58,018 nt of DNA, from assembly GCA_002269645.1 (NCBI GenBank), contig NIVC01004147.1, positions 1-58,018 of the forward strand, given 5' to 3'. Positions 11,385 through 22,351 of this stretch are shown piece after piece; position 1 is the first letter of the stretch, and the number at the start of each line of letters is the position of its first letter. A program made the position numbers and the translations under genes. The notes below the pieces were generated by a model. It saw nothing but the letters and a program-made list of their open reading frames with translations, was not told the origin of the DNA and searched no databases. The DNA comes from Macrostomum lignano. Lineage: Eukaryota.

Positions 11385-11700
11385 ACTAACCTCTTTTGTG
11401 CTCGCGAGAGGTCTTTTGTGTCTGAAAGTCTTTTGCGTTTTTTTTGTTACTAAATATAGATCCACGCAAGATAGTTGAGCCACTAGACTTGTACAGTGGA
11501 GAGGGTCTTTTTGATACTAAAAGCACCAAATCCAACTTAGTAAAAGACAAATCTACTTTTCATAGGACAGGTGAAAAAATGATAATTGATTTAGATGCTG
11601 TTCCAACCAGTGACTTGTCTGTGAGTTTGCATTGGTACTTACTCTTGTAATTAGGCTCGTGCGCTTTGTAATAAGAACCTGGAGAGACAACTGGAAACAT
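11385..11700 (-). CDS. Small hypothetical viral ORF not in the ORF track
   Basis: ATG at 11700 preceded by the same AAAAAATG signal as other viral genes. Reads MFPVVSPGSYYKAHEPNYKSKYQC; one in-frame TGA, then open to ~11385. Confidence 0.35.
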
Positions 11701-11867
11701 TTTTTATTGAGAATTTATTATTTTTTTTCAAAGGGTAAGGACCCTGGGTTAGGGGATTTAAAGTTTTAGGGATCTGGTTTCAACGCTTCGCGTTGTGAGT
11801 TGAATGTGGGGAGAAGAATGCAGATTTTTTTCTGATTGTTTCGAAGATGCTATGGGTGGATTTAGAG

Positions 11868-12137
11868 CTGTTATGCTCAGAGCATAAACCCTCAGAGCAT
11901 AACAGTAGGACACCTGTTATGCTCTGATTCTGTCGGGAATAATACGGATGGATTTAATGGGATTATGGAGGACGTTTTGTGAGCGAGTACGACCCCCCCC
12001 TTTTTTCTGATTCTGTCAGGGATAATATGGATGGGTTTAATGGGATTACGTTCGAAGTTTTTGGAGCAAGTGCGACCCCCTTTTTTCTGATTCTGTCAGG
12101 GATAATATGGATGGATTTAGGTGGATTATGGAGGACG
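11868..12137. repeat. Subterminal palindromes and three ~80-bp direct repeats (probable TIR interior of the virus)
   Basis: TTATGCTC-A-GAGCATAA palindrome; 14-bp inverted pair 11892-11905 / 11914-11927; CTGATTCTGTC.GG.ATAATA.GGATGG.TTTA repeats starting at 11924, 12007 and 12087. Confidence 0.75.
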
Positions 12138-12177
12138 TGAAAAATTTTGTCCCAGAAGCCCCCTCATGCCTTCTACT

Positions 12178-12385
12178 GAACTGCAACAAAACACAAACCG
12201 CAAACCAAACAGAACTGCAACAAAACACAACCGCAAACCAAACAGAACTGCAACAAAACACAAACCGCAAACCAAACAGAACTGCAACAAAACACAAACC
12301 GCAAACCAAACAGAACTGCAACAAAACACAACCGCAAACCAAACAGAACTGCAACAGAACACAACCGCAAATCAAGCGGACCTGA
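12178..12385. repeat. ~33-34-bp tandem repeat (GAACTGCAACAAAACACAAACCGCAAACCAAACA), ~6 copies
   Basis: Read directly from sequence. Confidence 0.9.
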
Positions 12386-12466
12386 AACATAACACACAAA
12401 AAACCTTTGTTTAGCAAAGGCCACTGCAACCAGGACACAACGTAACCCAACTCTGCACCATTGCAG

Positions 12467-12828
12467 TGGCCTGCCAAATCGTCTGCATCGACGTCTACAG
12501 CCGGATCCTTCGAGCCGAGCAGGCCGACAGGAAGTTGATCAAATTTCCTCGGGAACTAATGACGAGCATCGGTGCCAGCCCGATGCCAACTACAGCGGCC
12601 GCCGTTTCCGATGCCAGAGGCCCCGACCAAGCCCCAAGGGCGAGGGTGCTGGTCCGCGTGCTGTCCTGGTCGTTCGGCTACAGCCTGGCGTTCGTCATCG
12701 CCTCGGCTGTGGTGAGCGGTTTGGCCGCCTGTCTGTTCCTGCTGTACAGCCGGAAGCTCAAGGAAGATCGGGCGCCTGACCGGAAGACGGCCGAGGCTAA
12801 CGAGGAGGTTCTGATTGGCCGGGTGTGA
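12467..12828 (+). CDS. Terminal exon of a host claudin/PMP22-like tetraspan membrane protein
   Basis: TTGCAG acceptor at 12461-12466 and a GC shift. Encodes a TM3-like ACQIVCIDVY and SWSFGYSLAFVIASAVVSGLAACLFLLY (typical S.g.S.al TM4), then a short cytoplasmic tail and stop. Confidence 0.65.
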
Positions 12829-14195
12829 AACGATCGCAAATGAACGAACAAGGCTTCGAAAGATTGGATGGATACACTTCGTGATTGTGTTCCATAGCGG
12901 CGGTGCAAACTCGGAGATTGATTTATTAAGCGCAGCACGAATGATTTGTTTCTGAAATTCATTGAATTTTGCTACATTATAGCAAATTCAACTTGGCTTC
13001 TAGGGATGTTCAAATGTCCGTATGTTCAAACAAGTTTGGGCTTAAAGTAGCGACATACTCCGAGGAATGTTCCAGAGACCAGCAGCTTTCTCCTGCCCTA
13101 GAAAGTACCCTAAAGTATCTACCAAATGCACTAATTCTAATGTCTATTTAGGTTTCTCTACTCCATAGTGTCTTCGTGCAACCTACCTCGGGTCTCTGCA
13201 ATAACTCCGATGATGTGTCTCTAGGTACCTCGATGCACCACAATCTGTCTCCTCAAGCCATAAAAGTCTTAACCTACCGAAATTGCGGATAGCGCATGAT
13301 TTCACGTGCACCAATTTATAGCAATGTTTTGACCCATTTGACACACAGCTTCAATTTTGCACACTATAATCCCATGCACCTATACTCCCACCAGGTTTGT
13401 TTTTGCAGAGTTCGGTCAAATTTTTTGCAGAAAAAAAACTAAAGTGATATAACAAATTTTTAAGTAAAAACGGCTAATATTCTACCAAAGTTGTTGTATT
13501 GTTAATGACTTTATAATAAAATACGATTTCGTTACACCGAAGGACACCTCTGCAATTGTTGTAAAGCTTTACCTATGTTGCAATTGTTCTCAATCATCTT
13601 TCGATGTTTCAGAATAATTGCTCTTGTCTTGTACCCTTCAGAAATATTCGCTAGCAAAAGCATAACATTTATCGATATTTTTATGCGCTGTTGTTGTAAA
13701 ATCGCTTTTGCCAAAGCTCTGTCTGTGTGTCACTACTAATAGTAACAATGAATTTTCCAATATGTTGAAATGCGTTTGTTTTTGTGTATTTTTAAGAGCA
13801 AAGTTTGAAGCACAAATTTAGCAAAAGCAGACAAAAATAAGCTGTTTTAACTAATTATCTACTTCAGCATCAACACTGCTTCTAAATAAACAATTCTATC
13901 TTCATCGATAAATCTTTTTTTGTTTACAAACTATCAATAAGGTGTTAATGCTGTTTTAGACGCCGGTTAGAAATGATAATTGAAGAAATTGATTGTTCAG
14001 TCAGATTTTCACCAAAGCTTTGTGAACTTCTCCTGGAAGACGCCGCAAAATCTTGGAGTCTGAGGTTTGATTTAAAGACGCTTATGCTTAAACACGAAAG
14101 ATGCCGCGGTTTCGAGTTGCGATGTGAAATAACTTTTCTGTGGACTCATTTCTGTTTGCCTGTTTAGCGGCTTGTTCAGCAGTTTCATGAACGGT

Positions 14196-14376
14196 CTGTT
14201 TAGCGGCCTGTTTAGCAGCCTGTTTAGCAGCCTGTTTAGCAGCCTGTTTAGCGGCCTGTTTAGCAGCCTGTTTAGCGGCCTGTTTAGCGGCCTGTTTAGC
14301 GGCCTGTTTAGCGGCCTGTTTAGCAGCCTGTTTAGCGGCCTGTTTAGCAGCCTGTTTAGCGGCCTGTTTAGCGGCC
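14196..14376. repeat. 12-bp minisatellite CTGTTTAGC(G/A)GC, ~15 copies
   Basis: Read directly from sequence. Confidence 0.95.
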
Positions 14377-14955
14377 ACGAGCGGCGTTACAAACCATTTA
14401 TAGCACTTAGGCTGTCAAGCTCTGCCGATTGTACAGGTATACCGACAGGCGCTATGACGCTGACGCTGACGACGTGATGACGCTTAAAACTCGCGTTGCT
14501 ACCAGAGGTGTTGCGACACACTCTGGTGCTGATACACTGCATGGTTACTGTATAAGTATGGGTAAAGTAATAGTATCCGATCTTACGGCGTTATGACTCT
14601 CTGGCAAGAAGGAACTGTACGGCCCCTGCCTACCAAGCTTCCTGGAAAGTCAAAATGACTCGAAGCAGGCGGCTTACCAGAGACCGAGTAAAAGGACGTT
14701 TTTATATTTAAATACGAGTACGCGACGACACTTAAAGTAACGATACTCGAGTAGAACTCGCTGGCGGAAATTAATTCGGTGATGCTTCGTTGATCTGTTT
14801 GGACAAACTTTTGCCCTTATTATTTGGCCTTCTTTGACCCGTTCTCGGGGTTTCATTAAGCTTTTATCTTTCTACTCTAGAGATCAGTATCCAATGACCG
14901 CTAGGACTGATACAGTGACTCGCGCGGGCGAAACAAAAACAAAAACCAGAGCGTA

Positions 14956-15840
14956 GTATTCCTGCTTGATTTTGCGGGCAAGACTGCTTAAGAAATGGCC
15001 CATTCTCTGCCCGATATCGGGCTGGGCCATAGACGAAGCCGAAACGATTGTATTTAAAACGTTAAAAGTGCAACATTACAAAGAGGACAACAGTAACGAT
15101 TTAATATAGTCTTGTGGTGCAACCCACGCCGTCTTTACAGTACATGGCGTTCAGAGGTACTCACTTATAGGAAAAATAGAACACGGGATCCATTTTTCTC
15201 TAGCACTGCAGTCGGCAGAACTCCATTAAAGTCCCTTTGTTCGCAGTCAGTATCAGAATTTCTCCACACACTGTCTTGTTTTTGCTTCGGTAGAGACGAC
15301 GCGTGAGGCATTCTCCACATCCAAGATGGCGCTCACTTCATCACTTGTTAGCTCCCGGAGTTGATTGTCGCTGCTCGCTTCAGCAGAAAGATCGTTTACT
15401 AGATCATCCAACAGGCCGTTGTCGAGCGCCTTGCTGACTCCAATTCCAGGCACAGGCAAGCCAGTGTACTGATTGAACATTCGCCCACGGCCACGGAGTT
15501 GGCACACAAAGTCGATTTCTTCGCGCTGCAACCCAGAAATCTCGCCTCCTTCTATACAGGAGTAGTCTGTCATGTTCTCAGAACGCTCGGGTAAGGAGTT
15601 AATGAAATTCATTTTTAATAAAAAGTTAGACTAATTACGAGCGTATTACTTTGTCAGTCGCTCTTTTAGGCTCAGAGCTAAAATGAAATACAGTTTGCAT
15701 TTTGTGCCATAGACAAATTCCATTTTCTTGCGGGCCGAGAATCTGGACTTGCACTGAACTTAGACTGAAGCAAATGCAGTTTGACTCGCGGGCCGAAGAA
15801 TGTCGTTTCTCGGCCCGCCCGCAAAATCAAGAAGGAATAC
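14956..15840 (-). mobile_element. Inverted-repeat-bounded element with a decayed ORF resembling the N-terminus of a Crypton-type tyrosine recombinase
   Basis: 24-bp inverted repeats 14956-14979 / 15817-15840 (1 mismatch). ORF 15612-15253 ends LTSDEVSAIL...TRQCVEKF*Y*LRTKG, similar to the ls.eel..l...T...v..F..Wl..kg pattern, with TGA stops where Arg/Trp would fit. Confidence 0.4.
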
Positions 15841-16210
15841 AAATCCAGCAGGTTATCTAGGGAAAAAAGTCGGAAATCCTCGTGCCGCTTCGCGGCCCTC
15901 GGATTCTCCTCCTTTCTGCCCTAGAAAGCCTGAAGGATTTATATATTTCTGAATAGTCTATGTGGCGACTTTTCAATGTTGATAAGTATATTTCAAGTCC
16001 AGTTGTTTGCAAACCCCACAGTGGGCGCCAAAACGTACGACTGCGTGCTCGTTCACCTTTTTGGCATCGGACTGAAACGGCTGCTAGATGATCACGTGAC
16101 CAGTTGAGTAATCACTGCAGTATAGCTAGTATTGATGAGTTCCATGAATGGGGTATGAATTGTCAAGAGACTTAATTTACATTTACCATGTACAGCACCA
16201 AAGCCTTCTC

Positions 16211-16290
16211 GGGGCGGAGCAGCTCAGTGGTAAACGCGTCTGAATCTCGTGCCACAACCCCTGGTTCGATTCCTGGCGCGCTTACATGCG
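16211..16290 (+). mobile_element. tRNA-derived SINE head or tRNA pseudogene
   Basis: A box AGCTCAGTGGTA and B box GGTTCGATTCC at tRNA spacing; acceptor and anticodon stems do not pair well. Confidence 0.6.
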
Positions 16291-16479
16291 CCCAGGAATC
16301 AGCGGAAAGGGCAGAATTGCTCAGCGCTGGTTGTGAGACGATTAATATAAGCTTTTTGACGCCCACTTGAGCCTACGTGGATTTTATCATTCCTGCACGA
16401 CTGCCTTCATTCCCGCACGCTGGCTCAAACAAGAATGAATTTAATCCAGGATAGGTTTTTGCTATAAATGCAATGGAGC

Positions 16480-17357
16480 TTTTGTCTATGGTGGCAAGGC
16501 TGGCAAAGCGGTATTTAATTTGGTCCAACAAGCATCAATTTAGTCCAAACGCTGATCGTGAGCCATTCGGCAAACTCCTGCCTTCTCGCAATCCTCTGTG
16601 GGTTGTTGCGTACCGGTGGAATATCAGCGTCTCTACGAACCATTTTCAGTCGCTTTTCCGAAATTTGATAACCAACTGGAACTGTTCCTTCAACTTCTGC
16701 TGTATTTTCTGCACCGTCAACAAAGGGTTCGTCTCAACCATAGATCTTATATTCTATAAGATACAAGATCTATGGTCTCAACTGCATCGAGTAGCAGTTG
16801 GATCTGAGCATGGATGAAGGAATAGAAAGGATCGCTCATCTGTAATCGAGTCTAGGGCCAAGACTTCCTAAAAATTGGGATATTTCGCCCCATGAATTTC
16901 ATTGGCTGCTTGAATTTAATAATACTCGTAGTCCCCCTAAGTTCTTACTGGCTGAAGCTTGTACGCGGGGGGAATTCACGATGTCTAACGTTAATCGTGA
17001 CTTTGGAATTTCCCCCGCGTACAAGCTGCAGCCAGTAAGAACTTTGGGGGGACTATTATTAAATTCCAGCAGCCAATGAAATTCATGGGGGGAATATCCC
17101 AATTTTAAAGAAGTCTTGGCCGTAGACTCGCTGTCAGATGAGCGATCCTTTCTATTCCTTCATCCATGGATCTCGAGCAACTTGCCTTGACGATCGCTAC
17201 CCTTTAGCAAGTGATATCTGCCGGCAGTGGTTTCAACGCAATCTTGCAACCTTGCAATGTCCAGCGCTTCGATCACAAGCCAATGGCATTCGCTCGACAG
17301 CCTAGCATAGGGTCCACAATTCTGGGGATGATGATGCTCCTCTGCAGCCTTTGCCAA
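16480..17357 (-). pseudogene. Decayed Tc1/IS630-like transposase N-terminal remnant interrupted by a MITE
   Basis: Removing the MITE joins RQGKLLE|IQLLL...VETNPLLTVQKIQQKL; a shifted frame gives IPPVRNNPQRIARRQEFAEW. Confidence 0.5.
16809..17168. mobile_element. 360-bp foldback MITE
   Basis: Near-perfect palindrome CATGGATGAAGGAATAG...CTATTCCTTCATCCATG; flanks GATCTGAG and GATCTCGAG form an 8-9-bp TSD with one indel. Confidence 0.88.
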
Positions 17358-18127
17358 TGAAGCTCCACGAAAGCTCCGCTACTTTGACAAACGTATCTTG
17401 GATTAAATTCAATGCGCGTAAGCCCGAATGGGCTGCAAAAAGCAATAATACAAAACGCAGTTTTTGGGGACGATCCAGGGTGAAGGCAAATTTCACTAAA
17501 AATAGTCGTAAAAAAACTTTAAGTATTGATTGCCATATTTCTCTTCGAATTACCAAGCCTCTACGTACACTACATCTGCTCGTATCAAAGATAACATTCG
17601 CTTCAGAAAAAACGTATGGATGGAATGCATGCTTTCTGTGCAGTTGTAGACACTAGAATTCCTATTTATGGGGAACTATCAGGCACATCGCAAAAAATTT
17701 TAATGCGCTGCAGGTAGGAATAAAATTCAATGACATGGAATAGTTCTTATTGCGCATTTCTAAGCTTGGAAAGACCCTGGTTCAGGGGTTAGAGGTAAGA
17801 AACGATGTAGCATAGGTCGGACTAAAAATCCTCATAAGCAAATCCCCATGAGCAAATGGCTCATGGCTCTCTCCTCTGTCCTCTCCCCCTCCTCTCTTCT
17901 GTCTGTAGTGCTCACGCTCGTGTGTACATCGGCCTTTCGTACGTACAATTCACGCAATTTAAGTGCAGAGATTCGCTACCCCCACTCTGGCGGCGTGATC
18001 ATTATTTATCGTCTGAAAATAAATAAATATCGATCAGCCCACCTAGCAGGACTTCATATTTCGTCTCAGCACTGCACTCCGGTCTCTTTTTGCCATAGCA
18101 ATTACATTGGCATTACAAGAGAGAGCC

Positions 18128-20216
18128 ATGGCCTTGCAACTGCCGCCCCCAGCATCATTCAGCAGTAGAGAAGACCCACCTACAGCGCTACCTGGCGGCC
18201 AGCGGCATCACCAATGAGGCCCAAAAGCGGGAAGTTCTGCTCTACACGGCCGGAAAGGAAATCAGCGATATGTACAAAGAGATCGCTAACAGCGAAACTA
18301 TCGCAGAAGGCCATAGTGCAAACACTTATCGAGACTTTCAACAAACAGTTTAAAGGCCGCGACAAAGTCGTCTTCATCAGATATCAATTCCGGAATTGCC
18401 TTCGAGAGGATGTCGAACAGATCAACTCATTGTACAGCAGACTGTGGAGCGCATCAGAAGCGTGCCAGTTTGGAGACCTGCAGCAGTCACTGATCCGATA
18501 TCAAATCGTGGCCTGTTGCCGCAGCGACGCCCTCAGGAAGCGACTCTTAAACGTGCCGAACATCAGCCTCGCAGATACTCTACAGCTGGCAAGAACTCAC
18601 GAGGCGGCCGAAAAGCAAGCCGCCATCATGTCGAAAAGCGCTGCCACCTCCGAAGACGTCAACATGCCGCGCCGCCGCCAGCCAGGTGGGTCAGCCAGTC
18701 CGCGAGCCGCCAAAGACTGACAGCAAATGCATCCGCTGCGGAGAGTCTGGACACCGAAGCTGCAACAAGGTCCAGGGCAAGAAGTGCGATAGCTGTGGCA
18801 AGATGAACCACCTCGCTAAGGCCTGTCTCAGTAGCCGTTCGCGCATCAACGCACTTGGCCACGACTCGGACGAGCCGACCGACCAGTCATGCGAGGAAGT
18901 GTTCGGCACGCTGGAAGACAAGAACGGGAGCGCAAAGTTCGTCATCAGCATCAACGGCCATGCAGTCAGGGCGCTCATCGACAGCGGAGGGAGCTGCAAC
19001 GTGCTCGACCTGTGCACCTTCAGGCGGATCAGCAACCCGGGCACCAGGATCGAGCCCTGCAGCACAAGGGTTTTCCCACTTGGCGCAAGCCAACCGCTGG
19101 CCGTTGAGGGACAAGAACTCTGGCAAGGATCAACGGCAAGGGCTGGTGGCCGAGCATCAAGGAGGACGTGCAGTACTGAGTGGGCAGCTGCGAGAACTGC
19201 CAGAGTCGCAAGGTACCTACCTCATCAGCATCAGCGGGCGCCGCTGCAGTGCAACTCGGTGCCGTCACTGCCCTGGGAGATCGTGCAGGTGGACATCAAG
19301 GGGCCCCTGCCAGCCACCGATACCGGCCTTACATACATCATCTGCTTCACCGATGTGTTTTCCAAGTGGGTCGAGGCGGTCCCAGTCAGCGAAGACGGTG
19401 GCCCAGGCGATGCTGCTGAGCGTCATTCTTGGCATGAGTCACCGGAGGTCATCCACTCCGACCAAGGCCGCCAGTTCGAGAGCGAGGCTTTCCGCGAGTT
19501 GTGCCTCGTGCTGGACATTCGCAAGACCAGGACGACACCGTTACACCCGAGCGGCAATCCAGCGGTTCAACCGTAGGCTCGGTGACATGCTGGCCGCCTA
19601 CTGCACGGAGCAGCAAGATCGGTGGGCGCACTACCTGCCGTTCGTCATCTGGGCGTACAACTCGTCCGTCCACAGCACCACCAAGCTGTCGCCGTACGCA
19701 GTGCTGCACGGTCGCGACCCCCGGATACCGATGGAGCTCAGCTGGCCCACCACTGGAGAGCAGCAGGGCGGGCCCGACGAGTTGGCCGACGCCCGGCCCG
19801 GTCTGCAGCTGGTGCACGAGCCCCAGTCATCAAGGAAGCGGCAGTACGACAAGCGCGCCGACTTCGCGCCGCTTCGGGTGGGCCAGCTGGTGCTGCTCAG
19901 CAACACGGCGATGCGGAAGGGCAAGGCGCTGCGGCAGCGGTAGCTGGGACCCTACAGAGTCCTGGAAAAGCTGGGGCCCATCACCTACCGCATCTCCAAG
20001 CGCACCGGGTGACGGCCGAGCCCGATGGTGCACCACGACCGCCTGAAGGCCTTCACATCGCAGCGGCCCCAGGGGGCCGGCCCGCCGCCTGTTTTGACTT
20101 CGCCTCCAGACAGCCCGGAGAGCCTGGACGGCGACGGTGACCTGCGGCAGAACTGGGAGGAGCTCTCTTCAAGGAGCCGGAGGCTCCCGGTCTGGGAGGG
20201 ACCGAAGGCCGCCTGA
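18128..20216 (+). mobile_element. Degenerate Ty3/Gypsy internal region: gag, protease, integrase; RT and RNase H absent
   Basis: Gag RDKVVF.RYQF...CQFGDL...LRKRLL, CCHC knuckles CIRCGESGH and CDSCGKMNHLAKAC, protease LIDSGGS, integrase WWP...C..CQ, VDIKGP, HSDQGRQF, GPYRV. PBS-like TGGCGGCG near 17988. Confidence 0.88.
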
Positions 20217-20905
20217 TTTCTATGTGGCCCAGTTTTAAGTCTGTGTTCGTGTCCTTTAATTTGTTAAGATTCAATTTTGTGCGAGTTACATTGCGGTTTC
20301 GTTTGAATTAAAATATTTTGCTGCTCGCATTTTACTACCCTCTCCTCTCTCTTCCCTCCTCTCTCCTGCCCTCTCCAGCCCTCCTCTCTCCTGCCCTCTC
20401 TCCCCCTACTCTCTCCCTCTACTCTCTCGATCATGCCCTCTCCAGCTCTCCTCTCTCCTGTCCTCTCTCTACTCCCCTCCCTCTTTTCTCTTCTATCTCC
20501 CCTCTCATCCTTCCTCTCTCTCATGTCTCTTCTCACTCATCCTTTCTCTCCCCTTTTCTCATTTTCCTTTTCGGAGAGAATGAGCCGCTTCACAGGCGGC
20601 AGCTAACAACTTTATTATTGACCACTGAGTCCATCCATAGCAAAAGTTAGCCAATCTGCGATTTTTGTTTCTCTTCTTTTTTTAGGCCTTGCAGCTTAAT
20701 AATCGGAATTAAATACAGGATAATATCTCGACTTCGCGAGGTCGTCCGCGAATGCCCGCCAAACTCCCTCGCTCTACATTGTAAGCCTCAATAATCTCTC
20801 TCGATTCTTTGACAGCATTTTTTGGAAGAGAAAGCTCACTCTGTATTCTGCTTTTTCCACGGCTTCTTTCGGCGCGCCACAGATTGCTGTACTTTGGCCC
20901 TTGTC

Positions 20906-21486
<581 letters not shown>

Positions 21487-22351
21487 ACAGACAGCGTATT
21501 GAACTGTCGCATCTGCACGGCCTTAAAATACAGAAATCACCCAGTGTGACGCACCGGCTGTAGGAAAGATGCTTCTTGACTTTTTGAACGAAACGTAACC
21601 TATCCATATATTCAAGCCAAAGAAAAGCTGAAATGTTTCAAACCTGAGTTTTGCCTGATTTTTTACGAAAGAGCATTTGAAAGTCTAAAAAGCAAATTAT
21701 AGAAAATAAAAACGCAAAAAGATTTACCTGAAGAAACTAACAAAGTCTTGTGAACTACATGTATGAGTTCTAACCGCGTGAATTGCATCCCGACTCTAAA
21801 AGTTTGCACTATTGTTAACTACTTTACAAAAAATGCACGCGAAGGCGTATTCAGCATGCCAGTGAAGTATGAGACAGACTAGGCCCATGGGCTAAGGTCT
21901 GCGATGCTTCACGCCTGCCCCTATCTTCAGCAGGTCAAGGCTGGTGGGAGGTCTGCACCCTCTATTTGCCTCTGGCAGCCGCAGACCCCCCCCACGCTGT
22001 CTCGCAAGTCGACCCAGGGTACTCGTCCCCGCGTGTGTTCAAGGCAGTCCCTAGGGCTGCTGGACAGACTGGGCTCCGGCGCTGGCGACCCTATCCAGTG
22101 GCTTCGGCCGAATTTGGGTATGCGGGTCTGGCTCGCCAACCTGCAGGCCGTGGTACTGCTCAACGTACTCTCTAATGCCTAAGGTGTTGACCGTGCCGAT
22201 GGGCTGGAAGGCCGGGGAGTAGTCCGGTCGCTAGCGGTCCCCCTCCTGGTGTCGGGCCAGCCTTGAGGGTGCTATTGGCCTACTGCCCGGTCAGGTGGAG
22301 CGGCCGGGTGGGTACCGCGCCCCTTTGAGGGTAGCCCACCAACCTTTTATC

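Larger units (their letters stand above)
1..12177. mobile_element. Endogenous Polinton/Maverick-like virus (adintovirus-like); left part truncated by window edge
   Basis: Compact AT-rich intronless gene cluster with MCP, A32-like ATPase, adenain-like protease, pPolB, rve integrase and PLA2. Right boundary is tentative (...TTCTACT at 12177; reverse complement AGTAG..., matching the AG/AGT starts of Polintons). Confidence 0.93.

Noticed and set aside
1-11700. Programmed frameshifting or an alternative genetic code in the viral genes
   Set aside because: The same -1 deletions occur in unrelated transposons and even in a TSD, which fits sequencing error or decay better.
11935-12110. ATAATAT as the adenovirus core origin (ATAATATACC)
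   Set aside because: Wrong orientation and too far from the putative right end; only a 7-nt AT-rich match.
14088-14378. AAKQ-repeat histone H1-like protein
   Set aside because: Product of a 12-bp minisatellite, with a non-ATG start and no globular domain.
16211-16290. Functional tRNA gene
   Set aside because: A and B boxes are present, but acceptor and anticodon stems do not pair; better explained as a SINE head.
17800-20330. Paired LTRs around the Gypsy remnant
   Set aside because: Sequence upstream of the PBS-like site does not match sequence downstream of the integrase.
21880-22350. HDV-like ribozyme in the LINE 5' UTR (known in some LINE clades)
   Set aside because: I could not fit the P1/P2/P3/P1.1 pairing by eye. 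An RNArobo or Infernal search would be needed; not supported at present.
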